64,000 nt of DNA from Leucoraja ocellata (GCA_036785375.1 JAWMAR010000067.1:2666001-2730000); one strand, 5' to 3'; positions 36,501 to 49,644 are shown, numbered from the stretch's first letter. The notes: a model not told the origin generated them from the letters alone. Numbers and translations are program-made.

Positions 36501-37099
36501 TGGTGCATGTACTCACACATGCCCATTGCAGCAATGTGCTGGATGACGGCAATAGGAACAAGAGACTGAGAGGCCACGCAATGCGGTAACAGTTATTTAA
36601 GATTGACCATAATAAGTGTTTATGTGTAAAGTAATATTTAATGGAGCTGTCCTGTGGACAAATCCCATCTCAGTAACCTCATTTACTGATATCTGTGCAC
36701 ACCTCTTCAACTGGACATCCATTTTCAGTGTTAAATAATGAGGATAGACAACGCGGTGGAGATTTTCTTCTGAATACCAAATAGTATATCATATCTGACA
36801 ACCTTTATAATGCTGCCGAGTTTCTCTGTCCTTACTTAAAATAATCTTGCCACTTTATATTAATCTGTATTTGTTACGGTTTTGTGGTTTTAATCCATTA
36901 TCTAACAAGGAAAGTATCAACTTGGATGAGTGCTAGCTCTGGGTCAGAAAGTATTGGATTTGGGACACATAATCAAGCCAGCCCCATCAATGCAGTACTG
37001 ATGATGTATTGGAACGTCAAAGTAGTGTTCAGAAAACCATAAGAATTCTCTGTGTTCTGGCCAAACTAATTACTCAAACGATAGCTAAAATAGAACAAC

Positions 37100-37545
37100 A
37101 GTCCTACATCCACCATTTACTCCAACTGCACTTCATGCTGCTTCGGAAAAGCAGCCAACATAATCAAAGATTTCTCCCACCCCAGTCATTTCCTTTTCTC
37201 CCTTCTCTCGTCCGGCAGAAGGTACAGAAGCTTGAACGGATGCACCACCAGACTCAGGATCAGGTTCTTCCCCTCTGTTATCAAGCTTCTGAACAGTCCT
37301 TCCATAAGCCAGGGTACTGTCTGATTCACCTTTACCCCATTGCAGTCAAAGGACTCTGTCTGCGGACCTGATGAGCTACAAAGCTGAGAATGATATTCTG
37401 CACTCTGTATCTTCCCCTTCGCTCTACCTATTGTACATGAGTCTGCCTTGATTGTATTTATGCATAATATTATCTGATCACATTGGATTGCATATAAAAT
37501 AAATCTTTTCACGTGACAATAATAAATCTAGACCTTAACCTGGTT
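37100..37545 (+). mobile_element. Rex1/Babar 3' fragment
   Basis: aaaagcagccaacataatcaaaga...caccaccagactcaggatcaggttcttcccctctgttatc followed by 3' UTR. Confidence 0.75.
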
Positions 37546-37998
37546 TAGTTTAGTTTTGATTACAGCATGGAAACTGAGTCCGCACGTGGTTATGTGGTCA
37601 CGGGGAGAATGTACAAAGTCCGCACAGACAGCACCTGTAATCAGGATTGAACCCGAGCCTCTGGCGCAGTAAAGGGCCTGTCCCACTTTCACAACCTAAT
37701 TCACGACCGTTTTTACTCGTGGACATTTTTCATCATGCTAGAAAAAATGCCCCGACCTACTTGATGCCACGAGTACCTACGACTAGCATCAAAACCTACC
37801 TATGACCTTCCTACGACCTTCTATGACCTCGTGATGACCACGTTGTGAGTATGAGTCGAGGGCAAACTTGGCAGATGTCATGAATTAGGTCAGGAAACCT
37901 GAACGGAAACCTCTGGGTCGCAAAGTCTCCAGAGATTTCCGTTCAGGTTTCCTAAGTGGGACAGGCCCTTAAGGCAGCAACTCTGCCGCTGCACAACC
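37545..37998 (-). mobile_element. V-SINE split by a Harbinger-like MITE
   Basis: The SINE head sequence ctggcgcagTAA|...|TAAggcagcaactct is continuous across the MITE. Confidence 0.8.
37673..37969. mobile_element. PIF/Harbinger-like MITE
   Basis: TIR AGGGCCTGTCCCACTT / AAGTGGGACAGGCCCT with a perfect TAA TSD (37670-37672, 37970-37972). Confidence 0.9.
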
Positions 37999-38289
37999 CA
38001 GTGTTTGATTTCTATCTCTGGAATGACACCAACCTCAGTATAAATGTAGACAACATCCACCACCAAGAAGGATAAGGCCACTTGACAGTCCACCACTTGC
38101 AGTGTCTCCTGGTTTGGAAACATATCCTGTTAGGTTTAGGTTCATTATTGTCACATGTACCGAGGTAAAGTGAAAAGGTTTGTCTTGCATGCTATCCAAT
38201 CAGATAAGATAATTCTGTACATAAAAACAATCAAGGCAAACTCAAGTACAATAGATAGAGCAAGGTGAAGGATAGAGTGCAGAATATAG

Positions 38290-38645
38290 TTCATAAATTC
38301 ATAAGTTATATGAACAGAATTAGGCAATTCAGCCCATCAAGTCTACTCCGCCATTCAATCATGGCTGATCTTTCCCTCTCAACCCCATTCTCCTGCCTTC
38401 TCCCCATTACCCCTCGCATCCTTACTAATCATGAATCTGTCAATCTGTGCCTTAAAAATACCCAATGACGGTCACCACATCCTTCCGTGGCAATGATTTC
38501 CACAAATTCATCACCCTCTGACTAAAGAAATTCCAACTTGTCTTGTTTCTAAAGGTACCTACGTCCTTTTATTGTGAGGCTATGGCCCCTGGCCCTGGAA
38601 TCTCCCACATGTGGAAACATCCCCTCCACATCCACTCTATCCAGA
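38290..38645 (-). mobile_element. CR1 3' fragment nested in a Rex1 tail (38130-38845)
   Basis: CR1 tail cagcccatcaagtctactccgccattcaatcatggctg. The Rex1 sequence resumes at tagttctcagcattgcag. Confidence 0.75.
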
Positions 38646-38892
38646 CCTAGTTCTCAGCATTGCAGTGCATCTGTTCCATGGACAAAGACCAGTGTCCCTA
38701 ATGAGGTCGGGGTGAATCGGACAGTACTCTCGCTTACGGAAGGACCGTTCTGAAGCCTGATAACTGCGGGGAAGAAGCTGTTCCTGGGTCTGGTGGTGCG
38801 CGGTTTCAAGCTCTGTGCCATCTGCCTGATGGAAGCAGGGAGTTGAAAGAATAGTGGCGTTTTGGGTCGGAACCTTTTCTTCAGACTCAGAG

Positions 38893-39187
38893 TTTAGGTG
38901 AGAGATACAATGCGGAAACAGGCCCTTTCAGCCCACCGGGTCCGCGCCGACCAGCGATCCCCCCACATTAACACTATCCTATACCCACTAGGGACAAGTT
39001 TTTTTACCAAGCCTATTAACCTACAAACCTGTATGTCTTTGGAGTGTGGGAGGAAATCAAAGATCTCAGAGAAAACGGGGAGAATGTACAAACTCCATAC
39101 AGACAGCACCCCTAGTCAGGATCGAACCCGGGTCTCCGGCGCTGCATTCGCTGTAAGGCAGCAACTCTACTGCTGCGCAACCGTGCC
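38893..39187 (-). mobile_element. V-SINE
   Basis: Full copy on the minus strand. Confidence 0.85.
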
Positions 39188-39199
39188 AAGAGTAGGTTT

Positions 39200-39580
39200 G
39201 GGGGGGGGGGGGGGGGGGGGGGGGGAGGGGGGGTGAACTGCCAGAACAAATCAGGGCCGGCAACCGATGACCTCAGGAAGAATGCAGCCCATAATGGCCC
39301 TTATTGACTGAGGAAGGTGTGAGAACAAGAGCGATGCAAGGGTGCGAACAGTAGAAACTGGTAGGAAGACTGGGCCGGAGGAGGTGAGGGGCAGAGAATG
39401 CAGGAAATACTTGAAATGAGAGAAATCAACGTTCATATTGCTGGTGTTTAAGAAGGAACTGCAGATGCCGGAAAATCGAAGGTACACAAAAAAGCTGGAG
39501 AAACTCAGCAGGTGCAGCAGCATCTATGGAGCGAAGGAGTTCATATTTCTGGGTTGTATGCAGCCCAAGCGTAATATGAA
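39200..39580 (-). mobile_element. Penelope-like element 3' end with a nested pLTR-derived insert (about 39445-39538)
   Basis: The minus strand reads ...FRLGCIQP(..)MNVDFSHFK* (PLE ORF end). The insert is flanked by the duplication gttcatatt(g/t)ctgg. Confidence 0.7.
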
Positions 39581-40176
39581 ATATCTTCTATAGTTCTTCG
39601 TTGCCAAATACGACAGTCCCCAGCCTAACAGGACGGTTGCAGTGCCTTCCCCAGAAGGACTGCAGCGGTTCAAAGATTATGGCTCCCACCACTTCTTGCA
39701 GGGCAATAAGCCATAGAAATGATCACTGGCCTTGCCATCGTTGTCTACGTCCCATGATTAAACAAAACATAATGTATTTTGGGGAGAAGGAGCAGAGCCA
39801 TTACTAAACAGAAAAATCATTAGAAATTGGCACCGTGCCAGAAGGCTGGCTGGCATCAAATATGATTACCATATTTGAAAGTAGATTGAAAAAGTCTGGG
39901 AACTCTAGACCAATAGCTTAATGTTGGTATTAGAGAAGATAACACAATTCTACTCAAAGGCACAATAGAAGAATGTCTAGAGCTGAAAATATAATAAAGA
40001 CTAGTCAGCATATATTTCCAAAGAGGTCAGACCTGACTAACCTTATTGAATTCTCCGGGAAAGGGTAATGCGGTAATTTATTTGATTTTTCAAAAGGGTT
40101 TTGGAAATGATAAACTTGTGGCTAAGGTCAGGCTACACGGAGTCAAGTCGACAGCAAGCTGACTGCAGAACAGGTA

Positions 40177-40500
40177 CAGGCCCACTTCCAATTTTCCGGC
40201 ACCCTTGGTTCCAGAGCCTTGCTGGATTATCCGCTTTGCCGGACCAGCAGAGGTCACGGCCCCGGAGAGGAGTCCAACGATATAGGAACGGTCCGCATTG
40301 GCCGCCGAGGAACTGAGATACCGGCCCACAAAGTCAGCCTTGGTAGTCAGCTATGGGATCTGCCGGTGTTCCAAACCCCGTCCGCTGGGGGCAAATTCGA
40401 CCCGCCGTTGGCCACGAAGTCCCGATGAGGACGAGAATTTCATGTGAGCTCTCGTAATTTGTCCGGATTAAAGGAGGTGCCGGAAAATCGGTGGTGGAAC
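40177..40500 (+). mobile_element. pogo/Tigger-like MITE in an old CR1
   Basis: TA|CAGGCCCACTTCCAATTTTCCGGCACC ... GGTGCCGGAAAATCGGTGGTGGAAC terminal inverted repeats. Confidence 0.7.
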
Positions 40501-40852
40501 ATTACCAGGAATTAAGAAGAGCTATTTAGTTTGTTAAAAGGTAGGAAGTGGGTTCTCACAATGCACTACAATTGTTTGCTATTTAGATAAATTATTTTGA
40601 TTCAGAAATCAGACACAGTTTCCTTATTTGAAGATGATGCCAAAGTGGAGGTTTTGGTAATATATAAGGCATTGAGATTTAGGAAAACAGAATTAATCCT
40701 GTACTTGGGGATCTGTACTTGGCAAAAAATAAGTATGAGTTGGTATATTTTGATAGAAAATGTAATGAGGACACATTCATCTTGGCAAATGTATCTAATT
40801 GGCTCAGCAGAGCAAAGGGATCTGAGGGCACAAGCATTGTAAATAATAATGA

Positions 40853-41145
40853 AACAAAGAACTGCAGTTGCTGGTTTATACCAAAAATAGACACAAAGTG
40901 CTGGAGTAACAGTGGATCAGGCAGCATCTCTGGAGAAAAAGGATGGGTGATATTTCGGGTCGGGACCCATCTTCAGACTAAAGAAGGGTCTAGCTATCTC
41001 TAACAATCTGGTAAACCTCTTCTGCACCCGCTCCATAGCCTCCATATCCTGCCTGCCATGGGGATCCAACCTGAAAAGTCACCCATCCTTTTGCTCCAGA
41101 GATGCTGCCTGACCCACTCAGTTACTCTAGCACTTTGTGTCTTTC
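40853..41145. mobile_element. Inverted pair of Penelope-derived short elements with filler
   Basis: Minus copy 40855-40979 and plus copy about 41065-41145, flanked by the duplication tg(t/c)aaataataatga. Confidence 0.7.
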
Positions 41146-41619
41146 TGCAAATAATAATGATGCAGATACAAAATACATAAATAAATCGCTCAAATTTGTT
41201 ATAACACCAGAAAATTAAGCTTTTGTTTAGACCACAGTCTCATCTCTTTATTACAAGATAGACATGGGAGTGCAAGGGAAGGCGCAATATAAAATTTACA
41301 AAGGTAAAGTTATAAGTATCGCAAGTGAATGACTCACCATGTTTCTTTTGTGAGGGTAAGAGGTGGCTGACAAGTCCTGAAGATTACACACATGTTTGTT
41401 TGTAAATGTTTACATTTTCTTTGGAGATTTGAACCAAAAGTCATAAATGTAAGATAATCCTTCCTAAATACAACAGGGGGGAGAGCCCAGGGAGTGGTTG
41501 GGACATGGAAGTGCTCCCATATGTAGTGAACTGGCAATGAGCAGATATACATTAGGCCAAATCTAGATAAACCAGCAGGGAGCTTGTATAGGAATGTTAT
41601 GATCATGTAATAAACTGAA

Positions 41620-41865
41620 GAAGGAACCTGAAGGGTAAAATTTTTACACAAAGGGCAGTAGGTGAATGCAGCAAGCTGCCAGAGGAGGTAGTTGAGGCAG
41701 GTACTATTGCAAAGTTTAAGAAGCATTTAGATAGATACATGAATAGGACAGGTTTAGAGGGATATAGGCCAAACGCAGGCAGGTGGGACTAGTATATGGG
41801 ACATATTGGTCGGCATGGGGAAGTTGGTCCAAATAGCCTGTTTCCAAGCTGACTGATTCTATGAC
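41620..41865 (+). mobile_element. CR1 3' fragment
   Basis: tttacacaaagggcagtaggtg...gctgccagaggaggtagttgaggcagg. Confidence 0.75.
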
Positions 41866-42106
41866 AATAAGGGTTTAAGATGGTTTGTGTGACCACCACA
41901 TCTGCCAGTTCAACCACCCTCACTTGTATCCACCTATCACTTGGCAGGCATTGTCCCGCCCCTACCTCTCCTGCCTAGCTTTCTGCCCCTTTATTACAAT
42001 CAGGCTGAAGGGTCTCATGCACAAAGGTCATCTGTCGATTCCCTCCACAGGCATTTAGTTTATTTTAGTGTCATGTGTACCGAGGTACAGTGAAAAGCCC
42101 TTTTAG

Positions 42107-42282
42107 TGGTGACACGGTGGCGTAGCGGTAGAGTTGTTGCCTTATAACGCCAGAGAGCCGGGATCGATCCTGACTACAGGCTGTCTGTACGGAGTTTATA
42201 CATTCTCCCCATTACTGCGTGGGTTCTCTCCAGGTGCTCTGGTTTCCTCCCACACTCCAAAGAAATAGAGGTTTGTAGGTTA
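42107..42282 (+). mobile_element. V-SINE 5' part (tail remnant at about 43150-43175)
   Basis: Head and V-domain cut at gtaggtTA by a DNA transposon. Confidence 0.8.
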
Positions 42283-43148
42283 CCGTATTTTCCGGCAATG
42301 AAGACGAGCCTGCATCGAAGACGCACCCCCCATTTTGAGTTACTCAATTTTGAAAGAAGGCTGGCGGGACATAGAATTTCTCACGCTCAATAAGTAAATA
42401 AATAAATAAATGCAAATAAAGAAAGTCACAATTCAATTTGCCAAAGACTTCCAGATCTCCTCCATTCTGAATGACTGAATGGGTGGGGGATGGAGGGTGA
42501 CGGCAGGTGGAGAGATGGTGGGGGAAAACGGGAGCACACTGGGACAAGTTGAATCAGTTGTAATCTTATTGAATGACAATACAAGTTCAAGGGACCGATT
42601 GGGGGAGAGTTCCTTTCACAGCGTGTGGGGAGTCTGGCCCGGATCAGCATGGGCAGGAGTGTTGAGAAGGAGGGGGTCGGGGATCATGCCAGCAACTCGC
42701 ACACTCACCCCTGTCGTGGCGCTCTGGGTGCGGAGCCACCGCTTTGTGGCCTGGGAGGGAAGTTTCTCAGGTGGCATCGAGCGGCCACCTTTCCTTAAAT
42801 TCCGACTGCCGCCGGGAGCAGGACATGGCCCCACTTGCTGCGCTGGGTGACACTGCATGGCATTCACTGCCCGGTCTGTGTCTCTCAATGTAGACTGGAC
42901 ATTGCGGGGACCAGCTCAAGAGCAAAGATCATAGAGCGGAGCTGGTCAGCGGGCAATGGATGACAGGACAGCGGGCGGTGTAGCGTACTCCTGTGTCAGC
43001 GCGATCAAGAGACCAATTGAGGTTACTCGCGCTGACACAGGAATTTAAGGAACGGCGGCCGCTCGTAGCCACCCGAGCTACTTCCCTCCCCAGCCACAAT
43101 GCGGTGGTTCGGCGCCCGTTCTTGATGTTGCTGTACTGAGGGATTATC
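42283..43148 (+). mobile_element. Tc1/mariner-pogo-type non-autonomous DNA transposon, left part, CpG-rich
   Basis: Begins TA|CCGTATTTTCCGGCAATGAAGACG...GAAGACGCACCCC, a typical pogo/mariner-N terminus. No right TIR seen. Confidence 0.55.
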
Positions 43149-44359
43149 AAGTCTATCTTTCTAAACTAAACAAAAACATTATTACAATCAAGCTGTCCAT
43201 GAGTTCCAACAGCACTTTGTGTTTTGAACTACATAGATTTGTTGGCCTGTGTTGTGTTGTTACTACCATGTAAATTTTGTGCATAAGCCTTCCTACAATT
43301 TTCTATTTTTCTTCTCCAGGTTGATGCAGTTTTTGGTCATCTCTGTGATATATCCTCTCGAATGATTCAATGTCAGATTCAGTTTGATATTCAAACATGC
43401 AAAACAGCTCAAGATGTTTCATCACATCCAAGGTTCTTCATGCAATTAAGTTGCTGGTGCAGCTAAATTGCTGTTGCAAAACTAGTCATGCTGGGTGAGG
43501 TCTTCCTAATAGCACAGTATGGACAGCAACATCGAGTAATATTAATGTTTGTGCTTCATCAAAGGGCATATTCAAGGCAAAAAATGAGAGGCTCTTAACA
43601 AATTGGGAGGAAAGGTCATTGCTCAAGTTGGAATAGGTCATGGTACTCTATCACCCTTAGAATATTAGGAATAAATATAGATCTGTTCTAATGTTTCTTA
43701 AAAAATAACTATTCATGACAATTCAAACCCTTTATATGCTGTATGGAGGGAGGTGTATATTTTTAAAGCTGACAAATTGGAAGAAAAATGCAATTATATT
43801 TTGAAAAATTCAATATTTGTAACAAATGGAACTTTAAGAAAGAAAACAAGAGATAAATAAATCACATTTATGTGAAATAGCAATCAAAAAAAAATTACTG
43901 CCTAAATTATAGGACCCAAGGGCATTACTAAGAATTAATGTAATTCTGAGCACAATATACTACCATGTCACCTTAGCATTAAAATACAATACATTATTTA
44001 TCAAAGACTGCTGTAAAATGTATTCTGCTAAAGCCATTCTTTGATTTATGAAAGGGATGTATTCCTGCAAAATATTTCATTCAGTGAAATTTCATAAATC
44101 ACAAAGACTGGACAAAAAGTATTTTAGGTTTTTCAGTGCAATGTATTCCAATGTGCAGAGACAGATGCACTATTCATTGTAGAAAAAAATAGCTTTGTAA
44201 ATCAAAAAACAAATAGATTTAAAATGTCAACAGCATGGTTGTGAAAATTTGTAAATCGAACATTTATAATCAAGGATTTACTGTACATTATGAAACACAA
44301 ATATTTTTTAAATTAAACTATATCAATGAAATAGTTATATAGAAATTAAATGTTGAACT

Positions 44360-44670
44360 CCACAATGGTGCAGCTGGTGGAGCTGCTGCCTCACAGCGGC
44401 AGAGCCAAAGGTTCAGTCCCGGCCTCGGGTGTGATCTGTGTGGAGTTTCTACATTCTCACATAAATTGTGTGGGTTTTCCTCTGGCTGCTCCGGTTTTCT
44501 CCCACATCCCAAAGACGTGCAGTTTTTGTAGGTTAATTGGCCTGTGTAAATTTGCCCCCGATGTGTCGGGCATGAATGAGAAAGTGGGATTACATAGAAA
44601 TAGTGAGAACGGATGATCGAAGGTCAGTGTGGATTTGGGGGGGCCGAATAGCCTGCTTCCATACTATCAT
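44360..44670 (+). mobile_element. V-SINE (older subfamily)
   Basis: gtgcagctggtggagctgctgcctcacagc head, V-domain and tail. Confidence 0.8.
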
Positions 44671-45249
44671 TCAATCAGTTGGAGCAGTGGGAGGAAATCC
44701 TTGCCGTCACAGAGACGACATGAAGGCAAGCATGGCACATTCCTTCACCAACCTTTCTAGCTGTTTTGCCACTTTCAGGGAACGATGGCTTAATGCAGCA
44801 GGGGTCCTCTGCTCATCTCTATTCCTGTGTATCCTGTCATTTACTGTTTATGCTCTACTTCTACATGACTTGCTAAAATGCCTCAGTTTGTACTAATCAG
44901 GATTAAATTCCATCTGCCAAAACTGTCTAAATTCCCATTAAAATTCTATCCTGCCGTAGACTTAGAAATCTTCCAAGACAACATCAAATTTCATGTCTAG
45001 AACAAGAAGGCCACGAAAACTTACTAACTTTCTTTCAAACGGCTCACCCTTATTAGCTGCTAATTTACCTGTATGCATCTGCTTCCAATCTAGGCTCACA
45101 AGATCCAGTTTTATGCTATTTAAACCAGCCTTCCGTCCTAACTTGAAGACCTTAACTTGATAACCAACCTTATCCCTTTCCATTCCTTGAAACATACGGA
45201 ATTATGGTCACTGTTCTCAAAGTGTTATTTCCACTACTGCCGAATTACA

Positions 45250-45543
45250 CTTTACTTTATACTTTAGAGATACAACGTGGAAACAGGCTCTTTGGCCCAC
45301 CAAGTCTGCGCTGACCAATGATCACCCTGTACACTAGCACTATCCTATACAACGGGGAGAATTTACAATTTTTACCGAAGCCAATTAATCTACAAACCTG
45401 TATGTCTTTGGACTATTGGAGGAAACTGGAGCACCGGGAAAAATCCACGGGGGAATGTACAAACTACATACGGACAGCAGAATCGAACCTGGATTTCTTG
45501 CATTGCACGACAGCAACTCTATCGCTGCACCACTGTGCCAGCC
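45250..45543 (-). mobile_element. V-SINE
   Basis: Minus-strand copy. Confidence 0.8.
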
Positions 45544-45854
45544 ACTTCCTAATACAAGATCGAGATGAGACCCATCTCCATTTGGATTTTAGGGCGTTAA
45601 CCTCCAGGACTTTCTTGGATGCATTGGACAAATTCTACCCAATCTACTATCCTTGCACTCAGCCAACCCCAGTTAATTTTGGGAAAAGTTAAAATCCCAC
45701 TATTGTAACCCTATTTCTCTCAAACCTTCATGCGACTCGCTTACATACTGTATCTGATCCTCTAATTGCCTCTGGCTGTTGGATGGCCTGTATAATCACC
45801 TTAACCTCTCCAATGTTCTTCAGGTCTGGACCTTTCTTCAGATTGATTGTAGGG

Positions 45855-46102
45855 GGAGTGTACAGAGTTTGTACTGTCTCCCTGTGACCATGTGGGTTTT
45901 CTCCGGGTGCTCCAGTTTCGTCCCGCATTCCAAAGACGTGCAGGTTTGTACAGTGGGTTAATTGGCTTCTGTAAATCGCTCAGAGTGTGTAGGATGTTAA
46001 AGTGGGATAATATAGAACTCATGTACGTACGGGTGATCGATGGTTGGCGTGGAATCAATGGACCCGAGGTCCTGATTCCACGCCATATCTCCGAAAACTA
46101 GA
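45855..46102 (+). mobile_element. V-SINE, 5'-truncated
   Basis: V-domain and tail. Confidence 0.75.
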
Positions 46103-46962
46103 AATAATACAACAGCTACTGAATTATGGCCTGGTTCCAACAAATTTTAGTTTGACACAAGTGGCAATTCAGCAGGATTTTACATATGCAGAGCACATGA
46201 GAAATCATTGAACCAACATGGAGAAAGTGAATTGGTACTTGATGCCAATGAAGAGGCTGCACTAAGATGGTTCAGCATGTCACGTTCTGTCTCCGCTCAG
46301 TATAAACAGCTGCTTATAATATCCTATAATATGTTGGATCGTTATATTTACATTATGTGTCGTTATCATCAAATGATTTATTATGTCCAGTGTAGAAATG
46401 GTCACACATAACGTCTCATTTTTTAAAAAAAAGTAAAACTTTCAAATTTATTTTTGGGGTGGTGGATGTCTGCATATAGGGTAGAACTGGTGTACAGGTT
46501 GGTCGGCGCGGACTCGGTGGGCTGAAGAGCCTGTATCCTAAACTAAACTAAAATATTCTGGTTCAGTACAACAATAAAACTCAATGATGTCACATTCAAC
46601 AATGGTAACATTTTCAGCATACATGGGCCCAGAACAGTACATACTATAAATCCTCATTATCCACGAGAAATGTGATAGACTTCTCACAGATAATAAAAAA
46701 TGTAATTATCACTGCCCTTTCAATTATAGATAAATATGCCACATAATGTTCATAAACCATTAACATCTATTAAAAAAAATATTAAAATATGTATATATCT
46801 AATTGGAAGTGATATTGGGTAACAAACTACTTCCATTGAGTGTTTTGAAAGTTACAGGTAGATTTTGAAATCATGAGTTGCAACTATATAAATAAAAGCT
46901 GCTCTCTGTTGGAAAACTGTTGAATAGCGGGGAACCACTTGACACAAGAGGCCAGGAAACCT

Positions 46963-47245
46963 AGGGTGGTACACTGGTGCAGCAGTAAAGTTGCTGCCTT
47001 ACAGCGCCAGAGACCCAGGTTCGATCCTGACGATGGGTGCTGTGTGAACAGAGTTTGTACATTCTCCCATTGACGGGTGCTCTGGTTTCCTCCCACACTC
47101 CAAAGACGTTCAGGTTTGTCGGTTAATTGGCTTCGATAAAAAAATTGTTACTTGTCCATAGTGTGTAGGATAGTCTAGCATACAGACTCTGTGGGCTGAA
47201 GGGCCTTTCTGTGTTATATCTCTAAACTAAACTAAAACTAAATTA
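46963..47245 (+). mobile_element. V-SINE
   Basis: Head with ggttcgatcctg, V-domain and (CTAAA)n tail. Confidence 0.85.
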
Positions 47246-48075
47246 AACCAATCACCATATTTATATGGAAGGTAGAGGAGTAACTCTGGAGAAACGGAAC
47301 AGGTGACGTTTCGGGTCGAGACCAGTTCCTTCCTACCATATTTATATTTATGGTGATGAGTTCCTCAATAAAAATATTGGTTTGGCCGACTGAATACACA
47401 GATAGGAAATTCACAGATAATGAGGACTGAGTGTGTAAACCATGCAAGCTCCTTTGGATCCGTGGCGATTGCCTGAGGGGAGGCTGCAAGAGTGCATTCT
47501 GTGGATTAGCAGGGTATTACTAATAGCAACTGCTGTCAGTTCTTGCTGTCAGGTTTCCTCGATTGCAACGGTGAGAGCTGACAGCCTTTGTGTTATTTGC
47601 ATAATTAATTCTGGTCAAATATTGTTTGCACCATCCGTTTTCGTGAACTGAAAGCGAAAATCAAAGAAAAAAGCAAAGCAGGTCAGTTAGCATTAAATCC
47701 GAAAGGAAGCTCCCAAGTAAAATCTTTCCCTGACAGAAATTTTAACTGAATGAAGGATTGTGATTTATTGGATAATTATTTTCATGATTCTAGTTACTTT
47801 GATTATTTTCCAACTTGGTTGCAGCACAGAATACAGTTTAGTTCCCCCGACAGCTTGCTAATTTACCAAAAAATAGACACAAAGTGCTGGAGTAACTCAT
47901 CGGGTCAGGCAGTATCACTGGAGAACATGGATCGGCCCTCTGTGATTCCTGGTGCTCACCAGCTCCCTTCATCTTTGGCCTTCGTCCACTAATCAAATAA
48001 CCATTCATCATCACCGGCAATGCTCTGTCCTGCCCCTCTCTCACAGTTTTCTTTCCCAAACCCCCCACAATCAAA

Positions 48076-48590
48076 GGCGACACAGTGGCGCAGCAGCAGC
48101 TTTGCTGCCTTACAGCACCAGAGACCCGGGTTTGATCCTGACTATAGGAGCTATCTGTAAGAGTTTGTACGCTCTCCCTGTGACTGCGTGGGTTTTCTCC
48201 TGGTACTCCTATTTCCTCCCACATTCAAAAGACGTGCAGGTGTAGGTTAATTGGCCTCTGTAAGTTGTAAATTGTTCCTAGTGTGTAGGAGAGAACTAGT
48301 GTATGGGTAGACAAAATGCTGGAGTAACTCAGTGGGACAGGCAGCATGTCTGGAGACAAGGAATGGGTGACGTTGTGGGTCGAGAACCTTCTTCAGATTC
48401 GTCACACATTCCTTCTCTCCAGAGAAGGCAGCCTGTCCCACTGGGTTACTCCAGTATTTTGTGTCTATCTTTGGAGTAAACCAGCATCTGCAGTTCCTTC
48501 CTACACACTTGTGTTTGGGTGATCGCTGGTCGGCGTGGGCTTGGTGGGCCGAAGGGCCTGTTTCCATGCTGTATCTTTCAACTAAACTAA
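48076..48590 (+). mobile_element. V-SINE interrupted by an inverted pair of Penelope-derived elements (48308-48508)
   Basis: The SINE continues at gtgtttgggtgatcgctggtcgg after the insert. Another pLTR copy follows at 48592-48722. Confidence 0.8.
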
Positions 48591-49084
48591 CCAGTCCGAA
48601 GAAATGTTCCGACCTGAAACGTCACCTATCCTTCTTTTCCGTAGATGTTGCCTGATCCGCTGAGTTACTCCAGCACTTTGTATCTTTCTTTGGTATTAAC
48701 CAGCATCTGGAGTTCCTTGTTTATTGTTAATTTTCTTTTCTGCTTTCGACACTCTTCATTGTACATATCACAATGCCAACTCCCTCTCTTGAAATATTTA
48801 TGTACTTACAGTAATCCAGAGCATAGATGATGATCCAATCATCTGTTTTTCTTGTTGTAAACTGATAATTGAAACACAGCAGATTAGTGATAAATCTTTC
48901 TTCACCTGATAACATTTAACTTCTTCAACTAATTCTTGGCATCCCATTACATCACTGGCCTACTTCCCAAAGATAAATGGTATCTGGTAAAAGACCAGAA
49001 AATTTCAGGCTTTGTTTCAAACAAAAGTGAAAGCAATTATTTTGAAATAAAAACAAAATGCCCTGATACATTTGATGGCTCTGG

Positions 49085-49500
49085 GCCTGTATTCGCTGGA
49101 GCTTGGAAGGATATGGGAGAATCTTATTGAAACTTACCGAATAATGAAAGGCCTGGATGGAGTGAATGTGGAAAGGTTGTTTCCACTAGTAGGAGTATCT
49201 AAGACCAGAGGGCACAATCTCTGAATAAAAGTTTGTACCTTTAGAAAGGAAATAATGAGGAATTTCTTTAGCCAGAGGGTGGTTGGTGAATCTGTGAAAT
49301 TCACAGCCACAGACGACTGTGGAGGCCCAGTCTTTTTAAGGTGGAGATTGATAGGTCGTTGATTATTAAGGGTGTCAAAGGTTATGGGGAGAAGGCAGGA
49401 GAATGGGTTTGGGTGGGAAAGACAGATCAGCCATGATTGAATGGTGTAGTAGAATCGATGGGCCTTATGACCTAACTCTGCTTCCATGTTTCATGAGCTT
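49085..49500 (+). mobile_element. CR1 3' fragment
   Basis: ttattgaaacttaccgaataatgaaaggcctggatggagtgaatgtggaaagg...gatcagccatgattgaatgg. Confidence 0.85.
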
Positions 49501-49644
49501 TTGAACTATACCCAATACTGGAGACACATGGAACGGCAGGCGCTGGATTACAAAGAAAATACACAAAGTGTGGTAGTAACTCAGTGGGTCAGGCATCATC
49601 TCTGGAGAACATGGATGGGCGACATTTCAAATTGAACAAAGTAC

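Noticed and set aside
39199-39233. Long poly-G runs (also 1945-1964 and 26184-26196) as functional G-quadruplexes
   Set aside because: Simple homopolymer expansions, in part within TE UTRs, with no evidence of function and error-prone lengths
43320-43466. Strong acceptor (ttttcttctccag) as candidate exon 4
   Set aside because: The required phase-1 reading hits TGA immediately, and the open phase-0 reading shows no MAM similarity
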